DNA from: Catajapyx aquilonaris
Lineage: Eukaryota
Assembly: GCA_000934665.2 (NCBI GenBank)
Contig: JYFJ02002275.1
Span: 1 to 60,327 of the forward strand
DNA length: 60,327 nucleotides
Direction: 5' to 3'
Within the stretch, counting starts at the first letter, position 1, and each line of letters opens with the position of its first letter. The translations under genes were made by a program, and so were the position numbers. Below are positions 25,130-37,155 of this stretch, one piece after another. Below the pieces are notes generated by a model that saw only the letters and a program-made list of their open reading frames with translations, did not search any database and was not told the origin of the DNA.

Positions 25130-25766
25130 TAGGGCTTGTAGACACGCGAAAGGCGAGAGGGTGAGTGGAGGCTGGGGGCAATGGCTGCAAGTATTTTTTT
25201 TATTATTTATTTTGTAGTGACAAGCCGAATGTGGCAGGGGAAGGGGTACAGTGCCGGGCATATTAGCCGTCGCTGAATGTTTTTTTTCCGGCGGCTGCGG
25301 CGGCGGCGTTACCTGGCAAGCCCGTCCGGCGCGGCGGGCCAATTCAAACATCGGCCCATGGAGAGCGCTTCCATTGTTGCCACTGTTTACAAATCGAGTG
25401 AGTGAGTGCGCAGGCAGAAGAGACCCGTCGCTGGGTCGCCCGCGTCACTACCTCGATTTGTAAACAGTGGCAACAATGGAAGCACTCTCCATATGCTGGT
25501 GTTTGAATTGGCCCGCCGGGCGGGGTTGCCGGGTAACGCAGCGCCGTCGCCGACGGAAAAAAAACATTCAGCTACGGCTCATTTGTCCAGCACTGCATGA
25601 TGTAACCAACCAAACCCAACCTAACGTAACCTTCCTTCGTTGCGGATACAGACCTATCTTCAGCGGATACACGCCTATCCTTCAGCCTGCCTGTTTCGTG
25701 TTTGAGACACAGTCATTGCCCTCAGCCACCACTCACCCTCCCGCCTTCCACCTGTCTAAGAAGCCA
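25130..25766. mobile_element. MITE with ~55-bp degenerate TIRs hosting an inner palindromic element
   Basis: GGCTTGTAGACA..GAGGGTGAGTGGAGGCTGGGGGCAATG / CATTGCCCTCAGCCACCACTCACCCTC..TGTCTAAGAAGCC. Confidence 0.6.
25249..25595. mobile_element. GC-rich palindromic MITE (CAGTG termini)
   Basis: ~160-bp arms, e.g. CTTCCATTGTTGCCACTGTTTACAAATCGAG and its complement; no TSD evident. Confidence 0.75.
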
Positions 25767-25846
25767 ACTAAAACCTTTATTTCTCTAGTTAGAAGTGGCA
25801 CCTTCGAAAATAAAGGCACCAGAGTAAATGACATTCTAGAGTTTAA

Positions 25847-26678
25847 GGGGCGGATTCTCGTGGACTCCTGTAAGTCTGCGGGCCCGCAAGTCCGTCCAAG
25901 ATGGCGACGGATGCGGGACCCCGAAAAAGTGGAATAAATGTGGTAGCCTGTAAGTCCTTACAAGAAAGAATTGAAAGTAGGGGGGAGATACGGGGGTTCT
26001 TGTAGCTCCGCCCACCGGAAACGGACAGGAGCCAATGGCAGAGGAGAAAAAGGTGCATTCCCACCGCCGTACAATGGACAGCGACGGGATTAAACGCTAT
26101 TGAGAAAAGAACAGCGAGAACTCTTCCCATTCGAATTCGGGTTTTTTACTATGATTTAGGTAGGGAGTTCGGGAAAACGTCGCGAGGGTGTGCAGTAGGC
26201 AATCGAGTCTAAGGTCAATGACCTTATCGAATCTGGGACATTCGAATCTGGAGTGTCTGCTGCTAGTGGAGGTGAGAGCGAAGACGATGCCGGGGAAGAA
26301 GTCTGCCCCGGGTTCCGCCCGCGCCCCTCGCCGGCCGAACTGGGATGACCGTGAAAAAGAGGCCATTGTGGCCCGCATGGAATAAGGCACTCCAGGACTC
26401 GTGGAAGGGCCCCTGGGCCGTGTTTATCCGTGTTCGATCCCCGCCTTACGGACACACAGCTGCTGTCGGGGAAGCGGCCATTTTTGAGAGCGACAGGTGA
26501 CTTACAGGCACACTTACAGGTGCTGCCACCCACCCGTATCTTTGCGGGCCTTTCCTTCCCGCAGCCCTTGCGGGAGCGCGACACGATAATTCCACTTCGG
26601 GAGTTTTTTTTAGTTGCCGGGGCGATACGGGCGTTTGCGACTTGCGGGCCTCCCGTAAAGTCCACGAGAATCCGCCCC
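25847..26678. mobile_element. PIF/Harbinger deletion derivative with a Myb/SANT-like ORF start
   Basis: TIR GGGGCGGATTCTCGTGGAC perfect at both ends; TWA flanks; internal MPGKKSAPGSARAPRRPNWDDREKEAIVARME. Confidence 0.75.
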
Positions 26679-29600
26679 TTAGTCATTACAGGTTGTAGCC
26701 TCGAGAAATATATTCACAGCACTGAATTTTTTACTACTTGTGCCATGCTTGAAAACCACCCGCTACTGGTGATCCTGAATTTTGTAGCCAAAGACCCAAC
26801 AAGAACGAGGCACAGACTAGATAATGTTGTTTAAGCAAATGTTATAACAGTACACAAATGCATAATTCCTTCTATCCCAAACGTGGCACAAAAATGTGCA
26901 AAACCAAGACTGTGGCTCTGCTTCCCTCTGTGTAGGTTTGGGACACATTTTAGTATTATTTGAGTAAAACTCATTTTTGAAGATTATTGTTATGCTGTGC
27001 ATTATCCCATTATGCTTTCTTCAGGCACATGAACAGCCACGTTGAACTGATTGAATGAAGGCGATTGGAGCCAGTCAATAATACCCACATCATTCTAAAG
27101 AGTTGAGTAGATATCTTCCTCCATCATCCCCAGCCCAGCCGTCCACAATAAATTGTGCCCCACCCGCTATACCTCACCCTCTCAATGCAGTTGTGTTTGC
27201 ATGCGGGCTCATATGACTGTAGTGAACTCGTTTCCTAGTAAATGTAATTGTGCAACAGGGTCTGCCTCTGTTTTAGTGCTTGAACCAAGCTATAGTTTTC
27301 GAGCCATTTCCAACTTGAACTCCGTGTGTAGCCATGTGATAGATAGAGGAAAATGTTTATGAGGAAAGTGGGTAGTATATACATGTCCACGAGGAAGCGG
27401 AATGTTTGAGTCAGGCATTACAAGATTACATTGATTTTTTACTCAGCCCTCAAGATTCATGCTGTTCACTTTACGCAGTTTTGATTACCGGTAACGCGAT
27501 TTTAAGACCCAGATTAACTGAGTGGCTGTTATTGTTTCATTTTGATCATAATATGTGACAGGTTTAATGCCGTAATGCGTGAATTATAAAACCTAACACA
27601 TATTGGCTTCTTTATTCAGGAGGTAAGTTCCGTTGCGACATGTGAGCTGACAGTATGTGATAGTCTAATTCCTCTGATATATACAGTATACACATTGTGT
27701 GATAGTTTCAATGGCGTTATGCACCCTCGCAATGTCACATAGGGCGTTTAAAGAACTTCATGCTGGGATGTCAATCTGGCACGCTCAATTTTGAAATTGG
27801 CTTGGATCAATTATTACGTCCCACCAGTATATTTAAAACATACAGATTTAAGCAAAACACATGTAAATGCAGGTAACATCTGTACATGTATCATTCAAAC
27901 CCACCTCAAAACAGACAAAAAATAATGTTTTGCACTGGCCATTGCAAATCGTAGCAGTTTTGATTACTTGAATGCAAACCCTTGCATCTGTTTCATATTC
28001 ATCCGGAACGGGAGCAAAATAGCATTTGGCGTGTAGGTAGAGTCAATGACAGTAACACAATATACGGCAGCATGCCTTTAGGAAATGCATTTTGAATATA
28101 GCAAAAGAAGGGTACCCAAGCACCATAAGAGCGAATCAGAAGAAGTAGGCCTTGGGTGACGTCACCGGCTGGGGGGGGGGGGGGGATGGAGAAAAGGCTT
28201 GCNTGTCTTCACCCTGTGACGTCACGCAAGGCCGACTATTTCTTTCTCGCACGGCTAGCACTCTATCACTTCGATATGCAAGTCTGCCGCATCGGAGAAT
28301 GTCGCTAGCAGTATGACGCGATTAATGTTCAACTCTGTACATCGGGTGTTTTACTAGCATGTAGCCCGGCACAGCGTACTCGGTGGCAAGAAAGCGAGTC
28401 GAAAATGTAGGAGGGAGAAAATAATGAGGAGGGACCAACCGGTTACGAGGCAGACGACCAAAACACATTGGCATACCCCTAGACACAGGCGGAAACACAC
28501 ACGACGCCTCTTGGTAGGGAGATCCCCCTGAAAGAATGGTGGACCTGCTCTCTTTGCAGTGCAGTGGTTGCCTGGACGTGAGCGTTATAATCATGACTAT
28601 AACCACTGAGCGGGTCCATCATCTGCCAGGAAATCTCCCTACAAAGAGGCGTCGTGGATGTTGCCGGGTGTGTTTAGGGGCAGGCTAATACATGTCTGGT
28701 CATCAATGTCGTCAACGGTATCTCTCTCAACATTTCTCCCTCCTACATTTTTGACTTGTTTTGAGCCAAGGAATACGCTGAATGCCGTTGGACCTACTAG
28801 TAAGAAAAACCTGTAATATACAGTTTAGTACACACACCTTTTGAATGTGATGTAAAGTATCTGCTAAACGGCATATGGTGAAATGCGTGAAACATTATAA
28901 TAATGATGATTAGTTTAGTAGGACAAATAACCTTCCAGCACAAGAGCAACAAAAAAAGGGTATAGGGTAGAAAAGTGGTTTGCGTGAGGCGGTGCTGATC
29001 TTTAATCCTTTGCGTTTTCTTCGCGGCCAAGCGGGCTTGCTCACCAGCTCTTGGGTAGCTTCGCGTGTGGTCCTTGCAGATGGCTTGCATGTTCCTTTGA
29101 TTTTTGATTTATTTACTTGCATTATCGTCAGGTTATGCCTGGGCTTGAAGGCAGCTTTTAGGAAGAAGAGGAAGAAGAATCTTGCATTAGGGCTCGTGAG
29201 GGAGAGAAAATGGTGCCTAAAGAAAGCGAAGTTTAGCCTCCGTTGTTTTCCATGCCCCGAGAAGGAGGTGCGGGGGGTTGGGGAGGGATAGGAGGAGGTG
29301 GAAAAGCAGTTTCTACTTTTTCGACAGCGTAATACTAGAATATTCAAGGGTACGCGGGCTAGAAGAGGGGACCTGTCAAAGGCAATTTTATAAATGATAA
29401 AGGAAACAGTCATATGTAATTATTTTTGGGTTAGTGGAAGGCATGAAATCCACGCAGAAGAAAATAATATGTAGGTCGCAAAGAACTTGTCGTAATCATT
29501 CCCCCTTGGCTTGTACAGTATACTACGATCATTTTCGGACATAATTACCAATTAATCGAGAATCAAGCATATTAGAGAATATCGACAAAACTCATCTATG

Positions 29601-30894
29601 CCAAGGGACCAAGGAATGCTAGTCATAAGATAGGTAATCCATTGGACGCATATATTCACTGGGCTCGCCGATTTTTTGGTGCAAATCGTGCATGATAATG
29701 TCAACTATAAATATTGTTCCTGATATGAGCTACAGAGATCTGAACATTGAACATTTGGAAGTTCTTCAAGTTTCATATGGCCCCATGAGGTGCAAGGAAG
29801 TTGCAGTAATTTTTATCTCATTTTTATAGTAGACGGCAGCGTATTTATTGAATGACATTATTCACTGCTGAAACTCATATAGGGTGTTCCAAAAAATATC
29901 CGGGTCACTTTTGGATAACTGATATCGCCCGATAGCAGGTATTTTTTGTAGCTTGTTGTGCCACGATTCAGTCGCCCCATTCTATCTATTTCTCCATAAA
30001 AATTGAATAAAAAATTCTTACATGTATATCAGGTTCTAAAACCCTTCTTTGGCAATTTTTGAAACTGAAAACGTGCAAATTCATGATGCGCGCGTCAAGA
30101 GCGTCTGCTGCTTGTGGTATTTTACTTTAAATGCTTTCTAAAATTTAATCTACATAATGACGGACTAAAATATTGAAAATTTTAACTTTATAAAAATGTG
30201 ACCAAAATCCATGGTACTTGTCGAGATTCTTGGAAAGTCATCACGTGTACTCTGAACATCTGGCAAGGCAGCTTAGGGAAGAAATAAGTTTCAATTCGTC
30301 AATTTAGAGTCTTCTTACTCCTTAAGACCGAATATTGAAATTAATTTAAGTGTCCAGCGATGACCCCATCTTGATGGGAATATGCCGTGAAGGAAATGTA
30401 TGTAATTTAAGTGTCCGAAATAATTTAGTTATAGTGATTATAGCTGTTCTTTAAATCACAAAATTCCATAGCCCATGTACAAGAACTAATCTTGGTTGGT
30501 TGGTTGGTAGGAAGGGTTACCCAGCTTGTATGGCTCTTTCCGAGTCGAGCCTTGGCAGCCGGGGGTAGGAGAGGGAGGTGTGGGATTGCAAGGTAGGGGG
30601 TGGGTTAGAAGGGTGGGGGAGAGGAGGGCTGCCCCCGGCTGTACTGCAATGCCGGGTCCAACCCAAAGGGACGGGGGTGAGATATTCTTAGAAAACCAAA
30701 ACGGCGGAATATTTCAAACATTTGAGAACCTGATGAAGAACAAGCGGAGTCTTAGTTTGGTCGAATATAAGTTAGGCATTGTTACAATTACAGTGGCATT
30801 CGGAAAATAAAAAAATTAGCGCCTCCGGTTAAAGATCTTCAAACGTCATACTGTGACTTTGCTTTGAATTTCATATTTTCATGTGAAAGGATAA

Positions 30895-31246
30895 GATAAT
30901 ATACCTCTGCCTACACTGATAACTCAAAAAATAATAATTTTGCAATTATGTTCTGAGATAATAATTGGCTGCAGTTCCCTTATGGAGTTTTACATTGCAT
31001 TTTTCTCTTGGACCCAAAAGAGCAACTTCCATTCGAAATATTTCATTGAGCTCAAAGGTGCATGAAATGTATAGTATGTGTGACAAAATGCCGCTTCCAT
31101 CTTCAAGATTGGTCCACAATGAAGTGAGATAACTGGTATCACTTTCTGACCATCCCAGGATGATCAGAAAGTGACACCACTTATCTCAGAACAAAATTGC
31201 AATGTGAATTTTTTTGAGTCATCAGTGTAGGCAGGGGTATATTATC
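30895..31246. mobile_element. Degenerate MITE with ~65-bp inverted repeats and an internal hairpin
   Basis: GATAATATACCTCTGCCTACACTGATAACTCAAAAAA / TTTTTTGAGTCATCAGTGTAGGCAGGGGTATATTATC; hairpin ~31126-31188. Confidence 0.65.
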
Positions 31247-32274
31247 TTGTTGCAGAATGAAAATAAAATAAATGCGATCAAAATTAACCGAGTTACAGCT
31301 GTTTTACACTGCAAGCCCTAGTTTAATGGGCTCAGGCCGATGTCCACCATGCCTGGCCACAGTGAATCTTGTGTAACAAGCATCCCTCTTAATAAAGTAA
31401 CGTATTTTCTTCTGTTTGAATAATTGTGGAAAACAATAAATATTGTGCAATATATAATAGTATATACCTGTAGCACCAAGTCTTCCCAATATTAGTCACT
31501 GCAATGAACACCATAACACAGCATTTGGATATCCTGACCTTTACCTCTTTTTTCACGACACAAATGAGTGATCTGGGTTACAGCAACACGCCACACGTTA
31601 ATTTGACCGTCGCCCGTAATGAGTCATAATGCGTGTGACCTTCTGACAGAAACTAATCAAAAATCATGTAACCCTTCTTGAATATATCTATGACTTGCAA
31701 CAGTCGAACAGTTGAATCCATTTGACCCGCGATACACAGCAGCACACATGGCGTTATTTTTGCATGACATCCGCGAAATGAAAAAAAGCATGCGTAAAAT
31801 CGGAGCCCCCTCACCGTAACACCGCCCCCCTCTTGGTTGGGACGACAAAACTATGGTCGAAAGGCCTGGATGTATTCCGAAACCACAAAGCAGGGTCGAG
31901 CTGAGCGAGAGGCATGGGATGGCCGTTATTTTCCCACCCGCTGTTCAATACATATTAAAAACCATCACTCATATCGCGGACCGAAGGGGGTGGGCTCAGC
32001 TCGTGGGATGGGGGAGGAAACGATACCCACCGTGGATCACAGTTGGATTTCGACCGGGTTGCCTGCATGGGGTTAAAGCGAGTTGAATAATTGTCTGCTT
32101 CTTTCTTGCAACTTGGGACATCTCAACGACAAGGTATGCCTGTCCGCACTCTCCACTATATACTGTAGCTTTTGCGAATTTTGTTCAGGCATCCCGCACT
32201 GAGAAAGCGTTGGGATTCACTGCTTGGAAATAAGAAAGTAACACTAGTAACAATTTATTTATGTTATGCCTGAT

Positions 32275-32412
32275 GCCGCTAGAAAACCAACGCCAACACG
32301 GAAAGAACTCATGGAAACTCTATACATATGAGAAATTCCTCTTTCCGCCCCGGGGATCGAATGCCGAGCCTCAGAGGTGCGGAAGGCTGCGGCACTAACC
32401 ACCACAAAACGG
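32275..32412 (-). mobile_element. SINE family B (V-SINE-like), degenerate copy 3
   Basis: Minus strand GTGGTGGTTAGTGCCGCAGCCTTCC..TTCGATCCCCGG..ATAGAGTTTCCATGAGTTCTTTCCGTGTTGGCGTTGGTTTTCT matches 7325-7448. Confidence 0.75.
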
Positions 32413-33277
32413 TGGTGCCTTCCTGTCGGTTAGCTGCCTTTACTGTAGACATAGAATTGGGTTTAGTTGCTTGTACCTTTCCACACTGCGCACTTTTCTC
32501 CCGTAATGGTCATTTGACACGTTGTCGGTGATGCACAGTTGACACCACTGTCCGTGAAATGCTGCTGCAGCACAATTTCAAATTAGGACTGAACTAGCAC
32601 CAGGCCAACCTAAATCTGTCCCCGAGGAGGGAAAAATTACCAACCCCTCCTTGTCACCAATTATTTCTGGTGTGTTTCTCATGTGACATATGAAACTGAC
32701 TGATAACATCAATAGCGCTTATACCTATACCGTCAATATATTGTTGACATTGAATTTTTTCTATTGTAAGTAGAACACTGTAAAGCTTGAGTATGTAACA
32801 AATTATTTGCCAAGTTATTTGCCTTATCAATATTACAATGTGTTACATGGTATGGTATTCTATCCAGAAAAAACTATACATAAATTAATATGCTTCTTTA
32901 TTTAATTTTCTGATTGTGCTGGTGGCGAGTGTACTTGCTACTTGCTACTTACTAAGCAAGGAGCATCTACACGATATAGCTACTGCCTTAGAAAGTCCAA
33001 AATGGCGTCGATACCAGCTGATGTGTAGAATGATAATTATGTTGGATGCATTTTTGTCGACTTGTGTGCACTCTGTGCTGTGTACACCAAGGGACAGGGC
33101 ATTGAAATAACTAAAAAGTGTACTCTAAGTTACGTACAACACCTTTTGGAGCAATTTCTAATGTAACACTGCATGAAGATCAATCACAAAATTACGGTAT
33201 GATTTTTTATTCTACAATATGTAGGCCCACCTTACGGAACGTCACATGTCCATCCGCAGTCGAAAATGAGTATTAAA

Positions 33278-34761
33278 CACTGTTCGACAAGGGTTTTTTT
33301 CTTGGGTAATAAATGTGTTTCTACGGTATAAGGGTTTTTGACGCTGATTACAAATCTCCACTTAGAATTTTACTATCCGGGACAAATTTTGAGATATATC
33401 GCTTTACAGTTTGGAACGGTTTACTAGGGTCATTCCGAATCAAGTGGGCCGAAATGATGCTAGACCATCTTGTATTTTGGTCACAGGTGTACACACAATC
33501 ATATGCCGTAACACTGCATATCAAGTTTCATCCATATTGCATAATACTGTGGGAGGAAAAAATTGCGTAATATTGGAAAAGGTGAAAATTAGGCCTTTTT
33601 TGGATATTCTTTCGGTTAGAGGAAGTGGTCAAACCCCAAGGAACATAATATACCGTCGGTATATCACATGAAGGAGAACCGCGAGAAGAATGCGCCTATG
33701 GAGTTAGTTTTCATATAAAATGTAACCAGAAAAATTTGCGTGGCATTCCATCCGTCACATGTCCAAGAATTTGGGTGCTTGAAAATTAATGGTAATATAG
33801 ACATATCTGCAAAACATATCTATTATTTTTTCGCGAGCCATGCATGACCCAGGCTTCAAACTTAACATATTAAACCATGTATAAGTCAAAACTCGTGTCA
33901 CCAAATATGGCTGCTGTTACGAAAATAGATCACTAATAATTGTTGGAGTCTACAGGGTGTTTCAGAGTCACGGGTCAAGCGCGCGCGAGGGGGTGGGGAA
34001 AAATCGCAGGTGGCGACTACCCGGGTCGGTTTTATAAAACAATTAGAATTACGGAAGTAATAAATTTATTTGTTACGGCCGTATGGCGTGACGTCACATC
34101 CTACTTTCTGTTCGAAGTGACTGGCGGGGACTGGCAAATTCATTGGGTTGAACCTGGTTGACGTGTTTTTAGCCGTGCAGGTTGCACCGGAAAAGGCGCT
34201 CTCATGCTACACCGGCAGGGTACTGAACACACCACTGTACAGTAGTACACTACGTTGTACAGTACCCTGCCGGTGTAGCATGAGAGCGAATTTTTCAGTG
34301 CAACCCGCACGGCTAAAAACCCGTCAACTAGGTTCAACCCAATGCATTTGCCAGTCCCCGCCACTCGATTCGAACAGAATGTAGGATGCGACGTCACGCC
34401 GTACGGCCGTAATAAATAAATTGATTACTCCCGTATTTCTAATTGCTTTATAAAACCTACCGGGGTTGTCGCCACCTACGATTTTTCCTCACCCCCTCGC
34501 GCGCGCTTGACCCGTGACTCTGATACACCCTGGTATATACCTGGACATGTGACTGACAAGTGAGCATTTTTTACTGCCTGTACCTGTCCACAGACAGACA
34601 GACAGACAGAGCCGTTCTATAAAACTTTTTCTTCAAAAAAGTCTAAAGCTGTGCCTGACAGCACAATTCTAAGTGCAAATTGGAATCAGCACGAAAAATA
34701 CTATTAGAATCACTATTCATATTTCCAGAGGAAAAAAAAAAAACTTTTTTGTAGAACAGTG
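33278..34761. mobile_element. Chapaev3-like (CAC...GTG) non-autonomous DNA transposon
   Basis: Termini CACTGTTCGACAA / TTGTAGAACAGTG, A/T-rich 3-bp flanks, subterminal GCTGATT..AAAT..CACTTAGAATT inverted repeats. Superfamily assignment is inferred from termini. Confidence 0.65.
33953..34532. mobile_element. 580-bp fully palindromic Tc1/mariner-type MITE nested in the Chapaev3-like element
   Basis: TA|CAGGGTGTTTCAGAGTCACGGGTCAAGCGCGCGCGAGGGG... with ~275-bp complementary arms. The homologous site near 19841-19865 lacks it. Confidence 0.9.
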
Positions 34762-34837
34762 TAATCAAAGCTTCTTCAATGCATATGTGATATGACTGTG
34801 CCGAAACGGTTACGTCTCAAAACAGCATATAAAAATA

Positions 34838-34996
34838 TCACATCCATTGTGTCAAATTAGCTGCATAATGTGATGTTGCCGCTTCACGCACCGCCCGGTT
34901 GCGGTAAGCTTGGCTTTGACGGCCCAAAGACGAGTCATTTCTCAAAAGTCTCACGAACTTGAGCGTCACCTCCTCTGACCACTTTGTGGCCGCCAT
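34838..34996 (-). pseudogene. Degenerate MADF (Myb/SANT-like) domain remnant, probably from a Harbinger-type element
   Basis: MAATKWSEEVTLKFVRLLRNDSSLGRQSQAYRNRAVREAA matches the MADF pattern WS.E...LI..YR..LW....YRN...R..AW with key Trp residues lost. Confidence 0.55.
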
Positions 34997-36424
34997 CTTT
35001 CCCCCCCTGCTTGCCGGTTTCCACTTTCCCAAAGTAGAACGTCCCCCGACTTTATTTTCACTTGTTACTTGGGGCTTCCGCCATGTACAGCACATGCGTA
35101 AGTAGGAACAATGACATTTGCAAGTAGAAAGTAGAAAATAGCAAGTGCACTCGCCCGTGTAGGCGCGCCTTTAAGTAAAGGCACACTCACATTAGGACTA
35201 CTCTCGTGTGAACGTGACATAAGTTTACTGGTTTCAATGGAAATAACATATAACATTTGTTTCGCTGAGGTAGGGCTAATGCTTGCTATATGAAATATTA
35301 TGGATAAAAACTTTACGACTGTGGCGACATAATTGTGTCGTCATCGTCGTAAAGGATTTATCCAACAAATCGAGCAAAAATTACCGACAATTTGTGAAGA
35401 CTTTCTATCACATTATTTCACACATTAAAAATACGCTGGTACAGCAAGCCTTTCTGTGCACCTCCTGACTAGAAGGAACCCTGCTTCAAGTTTGTCCAAT
35501 TTCCAATTTTATCCTGTGCTCTTTTGAAGATCCTTTCCTTTCCATTAGCACGGAGTCCCAACGGTGTAAGGAGGGTCAATGACGATGGTCGTAATCTCTG
35601 AGCACAGGTGCGTTCCTTGGACGCAGTGGCACAGGCACCGTGTCAAACCACAAGTATCTGCCATCGCTTGGTGCTCTTGGTGTAAGATGTGTTGCCAGCT
35701 TTCGGCTTACCCAATATTAGTGGGCCTCTATTCACGAGTAATGTCGACGTTCCTTTTCCGAGCATAGAAAGCCTGACTATTTCTCCCATATCAGGTGTTA
35801 CATGGCGTACAAGGAGGAACAAATGGTTATATTAGCATCAGTTTGATAGATGAACATATGCTAGATTGTGCGCAAAAAAACGTTAACAACGAGGCGTACG
35901 ACGGTGAGAGAACTTGAAGAAAAAAAGATATTTACATAAGGGAATCTCGTTTCTCACAATATCCCTCCGCGTGCTCCTTCCAAGCCTGGCGTCAACTCTC
36001 CCAGGTTCCTATGAAAATATTGCTCGCCATTTACATTTCGCCGATAAATATTTATGTCCTCCACCCTGACCCTGTTCAGCAACTTAATTACGGGTAGCTG
36101 CAGGATTCCATTTCCTAACCAGGCTTCTTGTATTGATGGAAGGCGTAATGCGGAGAATATAAAAGCAGGAAGGAAATGTTGATGTGCCGCCTTATTCTGC
36201 GAACTCAACGCTCACAACTTGATCTCGCGCCAAGTGGGTGATTAAATGGTCCGCTGTAAGCACTAATCATTTCCCTTGGAACGTTTCCTTGAATTTGCGG
36301 TTTGCTATATACAGTGCAGTAGCCTACACTGGCTCAGTGCTCTCAAAGCCACCCATGCTCAAAATCAAATAAATTGTAAATGTATTTATTGAAGACTAAT
36401 GCTTCTGGGAATGCTGCAGAATAT

Positions 36425-37155
36425 TATAACGAGCCGCATTTATTGTGGAAAACCTATGGGACAGGCAATAACGCTGATTGACAGGATTAGCCTTCAAACC
36501 TTAAACAAAATTATGCGCATGCGCGGCTAGAGGGATCAGCAGTGGCATTACGACGTGATAAAAAGGGAAGCAACCCACGAAAGGCTCCGTCCAGTCAATT
36601 ATTTATAAAATGAGACTGGAAGCTATAATTATATATCAATTCGTCATTTAACTTTTTTTACAAGCATTGCCTGTGATGATTTAGACATTTATCCCAATGA
36701 AACACTAGGCGTACAATGGCCTGCTCATAGACGAAGTCAATGGGTTGTTCCTGGAACCACATCCAAACTTTCTCCTACACTTATTCATCGTCCGTCTGGA
36801 ATCGTCATCCGCACAAAGCTTTCTCCAGTTCACCTAAAAGTCACAGTGACAGGTCGGTACTGTAGTGGGGGGATGGCAGAGGACTTCCCATTTCAATTTC
36901 TGCAGGAGATCGTTGATGAAATTTGTTGTAGCCTATGGGGGCGGGAATTATCATGGCATTCTCGCATGCAAGGATTGCGCTTGGACAGCGCTTTCAGAGG
37001 GTTGCTTCCCCTTTGATCACGTGATGCGACGCCTGCTTCCTCTAGCCGAACATGCGCATGCACATAATTTTGTTTAAAATTAGAAGATTATTCCTGCTAA
37101 TCGGCGTTATTGCCTAGATCCCATAATTTTTCCACAATAAATTCGGCTCTTTATT
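36425..37155 (-). mobile_element. mariner deletion derivative with ~120-bp inverted ends
   Basis: IR GAGCCGCATTTATTGTGGAAAA..TAAACAAAATTATG / CATAATTTTGTTTA..TTTTCCACAATAAATTCGGCTC. Minus-strand remnants HDNSRPH, LKWEVLCHPP, RFQTDDE, WFQEQP, HWDKCL. Confidence 0.85.
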
